Shown here: in pieces, positions 1-13,600 of the stretch
Layout: every line of letters starts with the position of its first letter
Position numbering within the stretch: position 1 is the stretch's first letter
Assembly: GCA_051362555.1 (NCBI GenBank)
Contig: CM120640.1
Location: 68,736,788-68,800,787, forward strand
DNA from: Lingula anatina
Taxonomy: Eukaryota > Animalia > Brachiopoda
Direction of reading: 5' to 3'
DNA length: 64,000 nucleotides
Translations under genes and position numbers: made by a program
Notes under the pieces: model-generated
Seen by the model: the letters and a program-made list of their open reading frames with translations, nothing else
Told to the model about the DNA's origin: nothing
Database searches by the model: none

Positions 1-2407
1 CCTGGCTTGTGGCGGTGGATGTGGAATCTAAGCTTGGAGCCAGGGACTCTGCAGAGGTCCGCGTGCTGCAGCTAATCCTGGACATGTCACTGAGGTCATC
101 TCCAAGGAGGCTGGTCACGTCAGGCTCCTACAGGGAATGAATGGGGGGGGGGGGGGGGGAGGTCAAACAGTGAAACCAGCCACTAACAACTGAGCATTCA
201 TATTTGTAAAAAATGTTCATGAAATCAATTATAATCCACTTGTACTACCCAAAATCATAATTCATGTTTATTTCTCTGCACTGATTATTGTAACCACTAT
301 GAAAGTGGTATATTTATATCTATAATTTATTTGACATTATCACTGCTTATCACTACACTTTGCTCAAAATATTTGTCGTACCTCCGGAGTGGCAAGGCTC
401 ATGACGTTCTCCTTGTTTTTCTTTTCTAGTTCTACTTGTTTATCCGAGAGCTTGACGACGTCAGTGAACATCCTTGGTTTCAGACTCATGCTCTCCCACT
501 GCTGGCCCTCTATACTGTTGAACAGCACGTCCAAGGCTCTGGGGAGGATTCCGCCATCTTTAGGGTTACCTGGAACGCAGGAGCATCAAAATGATTACTT
601 TTCATACACTTTCTGAGTTGAAAAATTGGTGTACTGACATTTCAATGGCAATGTCCGAGACTAACCTTAGGGGTGTTTTACAAGCATTTAAAAACATCTT
701 AGTTGTTTTTAAATGCACAGCAAAAAAGGCAGTAAAAAAGGGGCCTTATCTTTCCCAATTCAGTCCCCAAACAAAAAAATCCTCTTATTCAAGTTTACCT
801 GAAGTTTACCTGTTGCTGAGCTTTAGAATTTCAATTAACCACGATTCCTTCAGAACCATCCATATTTTTTAATTAGAAATTTTGTAGAACTATAATTAGT
901 GCATAGCAGAACATGCTTTTTCCTTGAGGGAAATTAGACTTGGAGTAAAAAATGTTGTACAGAACACCTTTCAAATAAAGTGTATTACAATGTAAACACC
1001 CCACCATTAGTCATAGCACGATTTAAGAAATCACCTTGAATAGTGTAAGTCTTTCCAGAGTTTGTAACTCCATAGGTAAAAACAAGGCAGTTCTGCCCAT
1101 CAATAAAGTCTTTCACAGTGCCAAGCATGGTCTCATCAAAGAACTGTTTCTGTTCCGTTCCCTCTGAGAAGATCTTGGAAAATGTGAACTTGTGAGTCAT
1201 TTTTCCACAGCCATGTGTGCTGTTCTTGAAGGTAACAGACTCCTTTGGTGCATGCATGACCAGGTTGTTGATATTCTCAAGTTCCATACAGCCCTGAAAA
1301 TGAAGAGAGAGATCAATATTACCACTAAATTTAAAGTCATAATAACTCTTCGTTTTGGCCAAAAATTGGATTTTCCTGGAGTAAACGGCAATTTTCCCGT
1401 ACTCACCAATGGTCAGCGACCCCATTCCTGCATTCAAAGTTAATCCAGGGTTTTTTTCCTAAACGTACGGTTTTTTGTTAAAATCTCTTAAGTGATTTTA
1501 ACTGACGGAGCCCTCTCTAACATAGCATATCGAGCGGGGTTTCTGATGACCTACTTAAAACCGCGGGAAAAGCAGACAACAACAACACTTTATTGCAATA
1601 AAATAAGATTCATACGATATAATCGTCTTAATTGCTCATATTCACAAGTGTGCAGTTCTGGGCTTTTCGTTATCCGACACACTGCACAAAAACTCGCAAC
1701 TTACGTCTGAGGATTGTGTCATGCGCCTGTGTTATTTTGGTCTCGACTGCACGCGAGAATCCGCGTGATGCGCCAAAATCCTTGGCAACGAATGCCTTGA
1801 TGACCGGGAAAAAAGGCACCGAAAGCCCTATTGACAAGCACAGTTTTTAGTTTTACTACAATAAGAGCCGTTTTAGTGGTGAAATGCAATATAATATATT
1901 TCCGTGTGTTGTTTCGAATGTATTTCTTGCGGAATTTTGAATCTCAAAGGAAGAGTTATTATTGCTTTAAAATATTGTCATACAGTGGAACTTATGAAAT
2001 TTCAAAAATCTGAAATAGCATTTATAAAATTTCCAAACCATTTCAACTCTAAGTTGAAAATAGGATATCTTTCCCTTCATCTGATTCATCAAAATTCTAG
2101 TTCATAACAAAACAAACAAACAAAGAAAAATAATAATTAAAAATAAAGATCACCATGTTACCTGATTTTCATTGTTTTCCTGTTCCTCTTGAGTAAATGG
2201 TCTAATACGGAGGAAAACCCTCATGTGTTCACTTCCGGGATCAACATTTGTACTAGAGTTGGCCTTCATGGGGGTTGGGGCTAGATCATCAAACAAATTC
2301 TTGCGAGCACCCTTATTTAATGTGGCATCCATATCGCTAGTCTCTCCAATGCCCAACTCCTCCTCCGTTTCCATGATTTCTATATACTTTTTTGTTTCAG
2401 ACTCCAT
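1..2407 (-). CDS. KIF20A: Kinesin-6 family motor (KIF20A/B-like), 5' part; coding exons 2162-2407, 1035-1293, 382-569, <1-127; probable 5'UTR exon ending at 2940
   Basis: Spliced translation has kinesin motifs MRVFLRIRP, FTFSKIF, P-loop FTYGVTNSGKTYTIQG and GILPRALDVLFNSI. GVTNSGKT and the insert after it are typical of kinesin-6. GT-AG sites are phase-consistent. A versus B paralog not resolvable. Confidence 0.9.
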
Positions 2408-3072
2408 GCTCTAATCCAAATATGTCACTAAACGGCAGCTTCTGCTAAAAAGAAATTTGATGCAATCAAAATGTGTGTTTTTAGGATTCATCAACAAATC
2501 AATGCAAAAAGTCTCTTGCACTTTTATTTATTCTTTCTTAAAATCCCTAGTGAGTGCAAAGGTTTCAAAGAATACTTTTACGTGTTTGCAAAATATTGGT
2601 TATATACTGCTAGGACTTACGATACTAAATTATTTCAGTTTTTATTATCATAAAACAGATACAAAGATTGAGGTTCAACTAGGGTCATAAACAGGTGATT
2701 TTAAACACAATTTCTCTCAATCTGAGACAAAAATCTGGCTTTCAGCTTTTAGCTTACTTAGATCTAAATAAAGAGTACTGAAAGTTCCAATTACTTTTAC
2801 CAAAATCTTCCAATATTTTGCAAGCATAATGAATACAAATAAAAAGTATGAATCGTACTTAGTGACTACTGAAAATATCGGAATCATTTTACAAGCAAGT
2901 TTCCAAGGGAATGATACATTAGCAAATGGTTTAACTTACCGTCACAAAATGTAAAACTGTTTTTCTTGTTTCTCTCTCTTCCTGAAGGAAGATACGTGGA
3001 CAAACTATGCGTCCTTTTTTAACAATTCATTTAGACAGCACCTTCATACTTGCCGCTATCACAGAGAAATGG

Positions 3073-3180
3073 TTTGAAATTTGAAAGCAGCCAATCAGCC
3101 TTGGGCTTTTTTGCTTGCCTAGGCAAGGCCTAAGATTCTGAACTAACTCCCAATTGGTTAGAATTTGATGTCACGTGACA
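3073..3180. promoter_or_regulatory. Compact bidirectional promoter between the KIF20-like gene and PBDC1
   Basis: TTTGAA (CHR-like) at 3073 and 3080, CCAAT at 3091, CCAATTGG at 3150 and palindromic TGTCACGTGACA E-box at 3169-3180, all between the two divergent first exons. Confidence 0.6.
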
Positions 3181-3199
3181 CGCAGGTAAATAGGTCAAA

Positions 3200-4338
3200 A
3201 TGGCAGAATTCGCAGGATTGGTAAGTCGGTTTGTTATCTCAGATATTCAACAATTTGAAGTTGTTAAGAGAACATATTGTAAAGTAAAATTTCCATTTGA
3301 TAATCTGCATAACTCCTGTAGTCAGGGATTAAAGCCAGCTGTAACCATGTTAATTCTTATAGGGATTGTACACCTTGTTTTACATGGTTACTGTGTGATT
3401 AAAGCCGAAGGTCCACGTGTGATAGGTGAATCATATGTATGTGAAGACTATGTACAGTCTGTATTTTCCACTGTAGCACTGTACTGTACGTTGCCAGACG
3501 ATTTTGAACTTGAAAATATGTAGGAATATTGAGTCGAAGCAGTGGGAAATGTTATGTTGAAAATGAGTCGGAGAGGCTAGGGTTAATAGGAGATATTTTC
3601 TTCAGTTTTTTTTACGTTTGTATGTAATCATTAACAAGTAAATGATATACAAACTGCAAGTTAACGTTATAACTCGAGGTTAGTACTGTAATGATAGAAT
3701 TAGACCAGTTGGATGGTTCTAATATCTTTTCTGAAATTTGGCTCAGAATTAAGTACCAGTAAGCATTCAGGCTACTATTCAAGCTTGATATAATATTGAA
3801 TTTAACATACACATTTGATATGTTCTTTTTTTTACTTTAGAATCAAATTATGTGAAACACATTACCTTTGAATGCAAAATGATTTCTATACTCTTCAAAT
3901 TAACACTGCAAAGTCCCATGCTGCTCGTGCTCACACGGCCAATTTTTTCTGATTTAATGAAGTCTTAATTGGCTGTAAAATATATTTGTAATTTATGCTC
4001 AAAAGTAATTTTGTCACCCAGGCCTAATAAATTAAATAGCCATTCATGATCTCTAGCCTTGAGATTGTGATTGCAAATGCAGGATTAATTTCTCAAACTG
4101 AGTTTCATGGCACAAATGTAAAAATAGTGGTGTTTATGATTCATCTGCTTGCTTCTTGTTAAGAACCCTAGAAACTCAATCATGCAATTTAGTTTTTATT
4201 TCATTTTGATACATATTTGTGTTACACCTTATATGTGAGTTTACTGACTTGTCATTTCAGAATGCATCTCAAGTTCAGGCAGTTGGGTCAACATTGGGAC
4301 AACCAGCCTCAAATTTTCAAAATAATGTAAGTTTCTAG

Positions 4339-4422
<84 letters not shown>

Positions 4423-6275
4423 TAAAAGCAATATTAGAAAAAGCTGGACTTTTTTATTTATGTAGTTTTTCTTAAATTTTAAAGGAATTTAAAATGAAAT
4501 CAGAAAAAATACTTTTTGATTTTAGCACGTTTATCTTTTCAATGTCTTTTTCAGGAAGAAGTAGAGATTCAGTGGGCTATGAAAGCTTACAGACATGCTG
4601 AGATTTATTTCAATGTAAGTTCTGTCTACAACTTTTGTCATCAGTTCCAGTTACACATAATATAAGATTTTGTTGCCCAATCAAAGATGAATAGTGCAAT
4701 GTTATACGTCAAAAAAAAAAAAAAAAAATTCCCTGGAATAGTTGGCATATATTTTTCAGACTAATCTTTCATCCTCCTTTCCTGGCACTTGTCATAGCTC
4801 TGTAACAATCTCAGAAAAAAACCTTAATCCACACTTCATAACTCTGCCTGGGTGGCAGACAGCTGACAGGTTTGCCAGGAGATGGTAAATTAGATAATTT
4901 TTGTCAATGCAGCTTCATGGCATTTTTTTTCGTTAAATTACTTGACAGATTATTTAAACAAGAAGTGTTTTTTTCCTCTAATTTGTGTTTAAATTCTTAA
5001 ATTTCATCCTTTTAAGTTTTATTTTGTATAATGACCTCTCATGTTCACTGTTGTGTACTGATTGTATCTCAATTGGTTTCAGCTGCTGTGTTCAGTTGCA
5101 GAACCAAAAAACTTGAAGCTGACAAAAATAGATGATGTAATTTACCAAATGTTCAGAGAAACATTTCCAGACATGAATATTGCAGTAGTTGACGTTGAAG
5201 CTATGAAAGCACCTGCTGCCAAAGAGGTATGTACAAAAATCTTCCCTTGCTATTAGATCTTCTAATTCCCCCATCTCAACTAATTTCTCTGAGAAATTAG
5301 TTGAGATGGGGGAAATATTTGATCATTTTCAAATTAAAAAAAGTCACAGATTTATTTATTGATATTTAATTGATCGTGTAATAGTTAAAATAATATGGAG
5401 TTGGCTATATACATGCCAATTTTTCATGCATTTAGTTTCAAGATGAAAGAAAAAATGAATTGGTGCTTTGTATTTTATTATTATGGAATATTTATGTATA
5501 AACCAACAAATATTGCACTTTGTTGTGATAAAAGTTATAATAAGTTCCCCATGCTGTTAAGCTTCATGAATTAATGATTTTCTCTGAGAAATTTGAAATG
5601 GTATATTTTTTAAATATTTTTCTTTTTTAGAAATGGAGACCATTCTGTGAGGAATTTCGAGACAGGGTAGAGGACTATAACTTTGGTACTTTAGTCAGAG
5701 TAAATGCTGATGATGAGTATACAGAAAAAAATACGGAAATTGGTAAGGTTCTGTTCCTCTTTGATTGTGTTTAGCAGTCTCAGCTACTGCAATATTTTTT
5801 TCTTTTTGTAGATAGGGAAATTGTATTGGTTTGATAAATTGTAAGGACGTTTAGTGTAGAACTAAATATTTTTTTATAAAAAAATTATTAAAAATTAGAA
5901 TGAAATATTGGGTGGTAAGATCAGACAAATATAAGTAGCTATAGACAAAAGAATCTTCACAAGTGTAAGGACGTTACTTTGAGCAACATTTTATATTTAA
6001 TTCATTATGGGAATTTGGCTTGTTAAATGTATTTAGCATTATTCAGAGTGATTGTAAATTGAATCTCTTTTTTTTTTCCAGTTCCGAGGGTGCAGTTTTT
6101 TGCATTAGAAATAGCAAGAAATAGGGAGGGATGCAATGATGGATTGAGAGAAAAATATGCTGTCAAAGATGACAAACCACCTTGTTTACCTGAGAAAGAC
6201 GATCAAATGGATCTTAAATACTTTCCTGTTTTGAACACTATTGGACAATTAGTTGAAAAACAATATAAGGAATAA
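3200..6275 (+). CDS. PBDC1: Polysaccharide biosynthesis domain-containing protein 1; exons 3200-3220, 4261-4326, 4555-4614, 5083-5226, 5631-5742, 6082-6275
   Basis: Spliced product contains EIQWAMKAYRHAEIYFNLL, LKLTKIDDVIYQMFRETFP, KEKWRPFCEEF...EDYNFGTLVR and VPRVQFFALEIARNREG, which are PBDC1 signatures. All introns GT-AG and in phase. Confidence 0.93.
4344..4421. repeat. (AT)n microsatellite in PBDC1 intron 2
   Basis: Directly visible uninterrupted AT run. Confidence 0.98.
5266..5314. repeat. Perfect 24-bp inverted repeat with 1-nt spacer
   Basis: TTCCCCCATCTCAACTAATTTCTC-t-GAGAAATTAGTTGAGATGGGGGAA. Confidence 0.95.
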
Positions 6276-7512
6276 CTTTCCTCCAAAACATTTCAATAGT
6301 TTGAAGGAATTTCCTCATTAAAAGTTTCTTGGAGTCATTTGAAAGGTCTTCCAGCTCTGTTTATAAATTGGGCACGTTTACAGTTACCACTTGTCAGTGA
6401 ATACAGTCAGTCATTCAAGATATTTTCTAAAGTGGTGCTGGCAGATCATTTTTGACAGCTTAACTTAGTACCATAATATCTCATCAAGTCATGTAATAAT
6501 GAGTTCCAGCTACCGTTTACCAGGGCCATAGAGAGCTTTTGTCTAATGGCTAATTCTGTACACATTTCTGCACTGGGTGAAACTGCAAAAATGGTGTCGT
6601 CACCCAGTTCACCTCTGGTAGAGAGGAAGTTTCAGCTGTCCCCAAGCGACCTACGTTGGTAAAAATTGTTGGTTCGTGGACAACAGATGGATGAGATGGG
6701 CTTTTTGTGGTTAGAGATCGTAATTGGACAATCTACCAAGATGGTGCATAAATCACGCTGTCCTAGCTAGAAGCTAGACTGGAAATCTGTCTTAATGTGC
6801 CTCCTTTCATAAATATATGAAATAGTATCTTGATTTCAGGTCTCTAACATTTACAAGTAAATAAAATATTTGAATAACTTATATTTGGATGTATATTTTA
6901 TTGGAAAACTGTCAAGCACTGCAGCTTACGTTAACAGTTGTGCATCAAAAATCAAACAGTGACTTGTAAAATATCAGACATGCGTATTCGCAAATTGAGT
7001 CCTTTTTTTGGCAGGCCTTTGCTGTAATCATCCCCCCCCCCCCCCCCCCCATGTGTGGTGTATGAATACAGGAGAAAAATACTGTTTAAGAGAATTTGGA
7101 TTATAGAAGCTAGCTAGTTAACAACTTGGATAAATGCCATTTCCCACTTCACTCTGCTATAAAAGGTGTACTCGGTGTATCTGATATAGTACAGATAAAT
7201 GTTTCCAAAGCAAGTTTTAATTTTCTAGACTGGACGTTTACCGAAACAGTTTCGGCTCTCTTGTCAATTAATTATTCAAGACTTGTTTTGTCCTTTAATG
7301 TGGAATGAAATGTTGAACAAAGATCATTGTTACAAATCGATACAGTCTCGAATAAAAATCAATGCTCTAAACTTCAACGTGCAGAACCTAATCAATATTA
7401 GGTTTCCAATCATACGCTGTTCACGGCTGCAATGAAGTGAGCGGCTACTTTATGAATGTCGAAATTAAAACGACTAAATACTTGAGGGAAACGCTGGTTT
7501 ACGTTCTAACCA

Positions 7513-9735
7513 ATGTCGGACCAAAGGACGGCATCTGCATCTGGCACAGATGTGATCGCAAACGAAAATTCTCAAGAAAAGAGGCGCACTTCAAGGGGAA
7601 GACGGTCGTCCAACCCGGACGGCGTGGATGGGGACAAAAGTACCAATCGAAGACGAAGAACATCAAGACCAAGAGAAAGTGCAAAGCCGGGAGATCCTAA
7701 AAACTCGGACAAAAATCCAGACGACAAGGCAGCAGCTGATGGAGAACCAAACAACAATGTTGTAGACGCTAAGGATGAGAAGAAGAAAGGGGGTGGGCTT
7801 GCAGTCTGTGTTAAGATTCTCAAGTTGTCTTTTTCTTACGTTGGTCTTTTTCTTATCGTGGTAGCTTATAGTATCGCAGGAGGGTTCGTGTTCCAGCTGC
7901 TAGAAGAACCCAATGAAGTTTCTGAGTGTGAAGAATACAGGGCGGCATATATTGAAGCAGAAACTAACACTGTGGACCTTGTCTACGACCTTGCTTTATT
8001 AAAAGACACGGAAACCCAAGATTACGTCATTGAAAAATTCAGAGAAAAATTGAAATCTTTTGGTGATGCTTCAGTTAATACGGGATACTCATGGGGGACG
8101 AATTGTACATTGATTGGAAAACCAGACGAAGGAGGGGACGTCAGCGTGTGGAATTTTGCTAATTCTTTCCTGTTTGCTTTGACCATTGTGACCACAATAG
8201 GTACGTACTGCAGCCCATCTGAAAGGCCGCATTTAATCAAATAAGTTCAGAAATAAAGCTGAAGCTGAGCGATTTCATGTTCTTTTGACACCAACGATCA
8301 CTTCTGTTTCATAAGAAGCACGTAAAATCTATCAAAAGAGTGCAGTTCATAATTTTTGTTATCACCACCACTCAAAAATGTCCATAAATTATATTTCATT
8401 TTAATGACTTTTTGAATGAAAGGCTCGGTAAAACTTCTGAAAAGCAACATATCAGACATGCAGGTATATTTTCCAATGTCCTGGGGTTTTTTCAGGCTAT
8501 GGCCACATTGCCCCTCACACCAACTGGGGGAAGATCGTCTGCATGGCCTACTCGCTGCTGGGGGTCCCTCTGATGCTGATGAATCTGACCAACATCGGGG
8601 ACGTCATGGCAGACATATTCCGCTACGTCTATGCCAAAGTTTGCTGCTGTGGCTGTTGCAAAGGCTGCTGTAAAAAGAATAAGGCAAGACGCAGTGAATA
8701 GGAATAAGCTCTTTGGCACTTGTTCACGTGTCAAAAACGAAGTTAATGTCCCTTGAATAACAAGTTTAAATAAAATAAAATAAAAAGTAATGAGACTCTG
8801 AGTTTGGTGAATAATGCTCATGTCAAAATTCAAGTAAATCTGGAATATCCTCATATGACAATCTTCTAATGGGAGCAGAAGCAAATTCATATTGTTTCAT
8901 TCTTATTTAAAAAAGACTAGGAATATTTATCAGTTATATCTTGCACAAAATATGTTTTGACACAGATCCATATGAATTAAAATGTGAACAAGTGCGTCAT
9001 ATTTTCTGCTGTAGGTTCGCGCCATCAAACCCGCACCAAACGCGGCGTTTCAGTTAGACTCCAAAGGAAAACCAATGCCAGTGGTAATCGTCGCAGACGA
9101 CAGTGATGATGATGACGAAGAAGAAGAGTTCGATATCGAATCCGTTACTGTCCCCCTGAGTATTACTTTACTCACTGTTACCCTGTGGCTCGTATGTGGA
9201 GCGGTGATCTTTGGTAAGGTTGACTGGCGTGTCAGGACTTCACGTATAACATGAATTCCTGGCGTGTCAGGAATTCATGTTATACGTCTGGCAAAAAGTA
9301 GGGGGGTATCGAAATAAAAAAATGAATTAAAAAATGAAATTGAGTAAAATAACACAAGTTAACATAAAGATTGTCTTCCCCATATTTTAAATGATGAAAA
9401 AGCATAAACTCTGCTCACACGATGTTGCATTCAATAAAGAAAAAAATTCGTTTTTTTCAGGCGTTTGGTACGATTGGACATTTGTGGAAGGATTATATTT
9501 CTGTTTCATCACCCTTACTACAATAGGCTTCGGTGACTACGTCCCCAGTGTGAATGACTTAAGCACGGACGAGAGCCGGCTTCGTATGTGTATAGCATGG
9601 ATGTACATTATCTTTGGACTGGCCCTAGTACCCATGGGAATCACTGTGATGCAGGAAGAGATCGTGAACAAAGTGACCTGGCTTACTTCTAAATGTGGTT
9701 TTGGGGGCGACGACGAGGAAGAAGATAAAAAATAG
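7513..9735 (+). CDS. Two-pore-domain (K2P/TWK-like) potassium channel, paralog A; exons 7513-8200, 8496-8683 (GC donor), 9015-9213, 9461-9735
   Basis: M1 (VGLFLIVVAYSIAGGFVFQLLE), P1 (WNFANSFLFALTIVTTIG|YG), M2, M3, P2 (YFCFITLTTIGFGDYVP) and M4 are all present. Confidence 0.93.
9242..9287. repeat. Perfect 20-bp hairpin (6-nt loop) in K2P-A intron 3
   Basis: ACGTATAACATGAATTCCTG-gcgtgt-CAGGAATTCATGTTATACGT. Confidence 0.93.
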
Positions 9736-11131
9736 GCCTAACGTGCAAGTGAATCTCCATGACGTGACGTTTACAGGTTGCTGATATAGGCCAACGAACT
9801 CCTCAGTCTTTAACTACATGTGTGTGTGTGTGAATTACCGAACTGTACACATCGACTGCTTCTGACCTATCTATCGATTTCCAAAGCCCTTGCGATAAAT
9901 AGAAAACGATACTATTCAATCCGCGTATACAGAAAAAAATCGATGGTTAAGCAATCGTTTCAGTTCATATATACACGTGTTTCATTTTATTTTCGATTTA
10001 ATTACTTTCTATATTCAGCCATTAAAACTTTTTGTGTCAGTGTCTGAACAAAATTACTAGCCTGAGCGTTTCATTCGTAACATAAAGTGGAGAAAAGAGA
10101 TCAACAAAATAATCAGTGCTGGCGAAGCATTGCGATAGAGGAGTCGAGAAAAGGGCATTACATTGTATCTCCTTGCAGTATGCTTATGTTTAGGTGAAGC
10201 AAGAATAAAGATTCTTCATGATATTTAGACAGCTTGCATTTTTTTTACTGGACGGAACAGACATCACAAGAACTTGTCGTTATGTGAATAAGTATTGTAT
10301 TTATATGTATATATATTTAACACTTGCGAGAAAACCATTCATTTGTATTTGCATTGTCCATTTTGTAATCTACAACACAGTGTGACAAGGATAATATAAA
10401 GTCATCTGGGACATTTGTATTTTTTCCTCAGTTATATTTGAAATTGATTGGATTGTATTTTCAGTTCTGTTTAACCACAATGCATATCTTACATTTTCCA
10501 CCTTATTGTAAACCAGTGGCCTTTCAATTTTTTCTCATGTAAAAAGAAATTAAATCATGGACTACCACAAAGTCTATCACCAATTTGTTATTTGTTCCTT
10601 CGCGGCCAATTTACTGTCCCTATATATTTTGCATTGTCATTGATGGTATGGTATTGATTTCGTTAACAAGTTAAATATTTGGCTTCAATGATTTTTCCAA
10701 TTGATGTCTCCTTCGCGACAGCATTATATCGTCTCTTGGGGCTATACACCTGTAGTTGGAACGTCGATATGGCCTCCGCTAAAAGCTCGTCTCACAAAAC
10801 AGTAGATGGATTTGACAATCGATAGGAGTGTGCAGGACATAAAATATTAAAGCTGCGCTCTTTAGGAAGAAATGCAAACGATCAATCAAAACTGTTAGCT
10901 CTTTATCATTTCAAAACGCGACCTGTTAGCGTAACCGGCCCGTGACACGCAGTTGTTGTCGTGTTTCAGAGCACTGGTATGACTTACTCTGGAATTGTAA
11001 AGCATTGTTAATTTTTGCCATGTAGCTGCACACTAAAACAGCCATTGAGATTATTCATGAAGTGACATCGATATTAGACGCTTTGAGTTTTACCGGAATT
11101 TCCTCCCCGCAACTTTCTATTAACATTCACG

Positions 11132-13492
11132 ATGAAAACGTTGTCGGACGAAAATCTAAAGGACAACATGGAACTGAGTGACGAGGAGGAGGGGGACGCT
11201 CTAGAGAGAAAAGACACCCCCAGACCAGAAACACCCAGAGATGAAGAGGAAGCCGAGCAAGACAAAAAGAAAAAGAAGAAGAAAAAGAAGGGGAAATGTG
11301 GAAAATTTTGTCGAAAATTCATCAAGTTTATGTTCTCCCACGTCGGACTAGGCGTTTTAGTAATCGCGTACAGCATTGGCGGTGGGTTTATCTTCGAACA
11401 CCTGGAGGTACCGAACGAGGAGGACGAATGCAAGAAGGCGGCGACCGACTATTATAAAGCAGAAAACAACACTTTGAGCCTTATTTGGGACATTGCGTCT
11501 CAAGCAGGCGATGCTCAAGACCAGGATATCAAGGACAAGTTCAAGAAAAAGTTACAGGAGTTTGGGGTGGCTGCCGTGTCTTACAACTACGTGCCACAAA
11601 CCAACTGCAGTCTTATCGGCCAGCCGGGAGGACCAAAACTTATCTGGAACTGGGCAAACGCCTTTCTCTTTGCCTTGACTGTCGTCACAACTATAGGTAA
11701 GAAAATTTTATCAGCTGCATGTTTATCCGTATAAAATCTCAACTAGTGCTTAGTTCAAATGCCTAATATAAGATATAAGTTGACATATATAGTATACGAT
11801 AATATAAACTTTGCATCACAAAACAAAAAAGTGGTGAGGACGGATCTCTTAACGAATCCTTAACGAATTTTCCGTCTGGAGGCTGAATGGAAGTGGCTGA
11901 TCACAGAGTAAGATAATCGCGTAAAGTCAAAAAGACGGTTGAAAAAAAATTATTTTTCTTTTTTTTAGGTTATGGGCATATTGCCCCTCGTACTATGTGG
12001 GGGAAATTGGTGTGTATCGCCTACGCCGTGTTAGGGATCCCGCTCACTCTTCTCTTCTTGACAAACATCGGTGACGTCATGGCAGATATATTCCGCTATA
12101 TCTACGCCAAAGTCTGCTGCTGCGGTTGTATTAGAAAGAAGAATAAAGATAAGGTATATTCAGAAAGTACTGAAACCCACCTAGTAATTCATTATGTTTT
12201 CAATTACGGGATCATGTGGGCACGTATTTTAATTTGATTTCTGGTGTTGGATAGATGGGGATAAAAAAAGAATTATGAACTATTTTATATTTGCATAAGT
12301 TAGACAAACGCATTAATTCATTTTAAACCTTCCATGTCAATGTTTTTTTTTATCTTGTATTTTCATAGCCCACCAAACGGTCAGTCGGTATCCCATTGTT
12401 CCGTATATCAACTCTATTTTTAGAATAAAAGGTGAAACAGCATGTTAACGTCAATAATCAATAATTTCTAAATTTCAACAATTGATCTTTACCATTATTT
12501 ATTTGCATTATTGGACTTTAATAATGATGTTTTATCTTATATATCAAATATACGCCTTCTGTTAACAGGTACAAGAAATTCGAACCCCGTCACCAACCAA
12601 GGGTTGGAAACTCGACGAAACCGGTAAACCTCTTCCTCCGTCCAGAGAGCCGACCATCATAGATAATGATGATGACGATGATGACGAAGAGGAAGAAAAG
12701 ATTACCGTGCCCCTTACTGTTACCATGTTAGTGATCATAGGGTGGCTTCTAGGAGGATCTGTCTTGTATAGTAAGTGGCCATACCTTAGATTTCTGTAGT
12801 ATTTCAATTTTTATTTTTATAGAAATGCTTTGAAATTTAAAAGGATGATTAAGAAGATGTAAACATGATATTCTGCAGTGAAAATAATCGCTTTTATTTC
12901 CAAACATCTATAAATCATATAGCAATTTGGCATTTCTCGTCTTCTTTCCATATATTAAGTCAGTCGTCGTAAATATCCCTCGCCAAACAAAAAGCTTCTC
13001 TCTTCCTGAGCTTAACTGGGTAATGACGTCATTTTTGAATTTCTGTACAAAAATTCTCAGAGTAGGCCTACAGAAATGTGAACAGAATTAGACAGAATAA
13101 TATCTGTGAATATTTAGCGAAATATTCTCTATGTGACACTGGTTGTGGGTTATAATAGTCTATGGTTAAAATTTTATAATCTTTACTTTATTCGTTTTCC
13201 AGCCGTGTGGTATAAAGATTGGAAGTGGTACTCTTCCTTCTACTTTTGTTTCATCACCATGTCCACCATCGGTTTCGGTGACTATTATCCCTCTGTGGAT
13301 AACGGCCTTGGAACCGTGGAGGACATCATGATCATGGTGTCAGCCTGGACCTACACCATCGTTGGCATGGCGTTTCTGGCCATGGGATTTAACTTGATGC
13401 AGGACGAGATCGTCGACAAGTTTAAGTGGATTGGAGAGAAACTTGGTTTTTACAAAAAGGAGGAAGAGGAAGGGGAGGAGGCAGAGGAGTAA
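11132..13492 (+). CDS. K2P potassium channel, paralog B; exons 11132-11696, 11969-12153, 12569-12770, 13203-13492
   Basis: FSHVGL...YSIGGGFIFEHLE, TVVTTIG|YGHIAP and YFCFITMSTIGFGDYYP; intron positions and phases match paralog A. Confidence 0.94.
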
Positions 13493-13600
13493 AGGCGATG
13501 GAGGAGGAGGAGGAGGAGGAGTAAATGCGAGAGAGGGAGGAGGAGGTGCAAGGGCGAGAAAAGGAGGAGGAGGAGTAAAGACGAGAGGAGGAAAAAGGTT
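13460..13600 (+). repeat. Degenerate (GGA)n-TAAA purine-rich repeat spanning the K2P-B stop codon and proximal 3'UTR
   Basis: Recurrent GAGGAGGAGTAAA-like units starting at the poly-Glu C-terminus. Confidence 0.8.

Noticed and set aside
3221-3523. 107-aa ORF continuing from the PBDC1 ATG
   Set aside because: Read-through into intron 1 past a strong GTAAGT donor at 3221.
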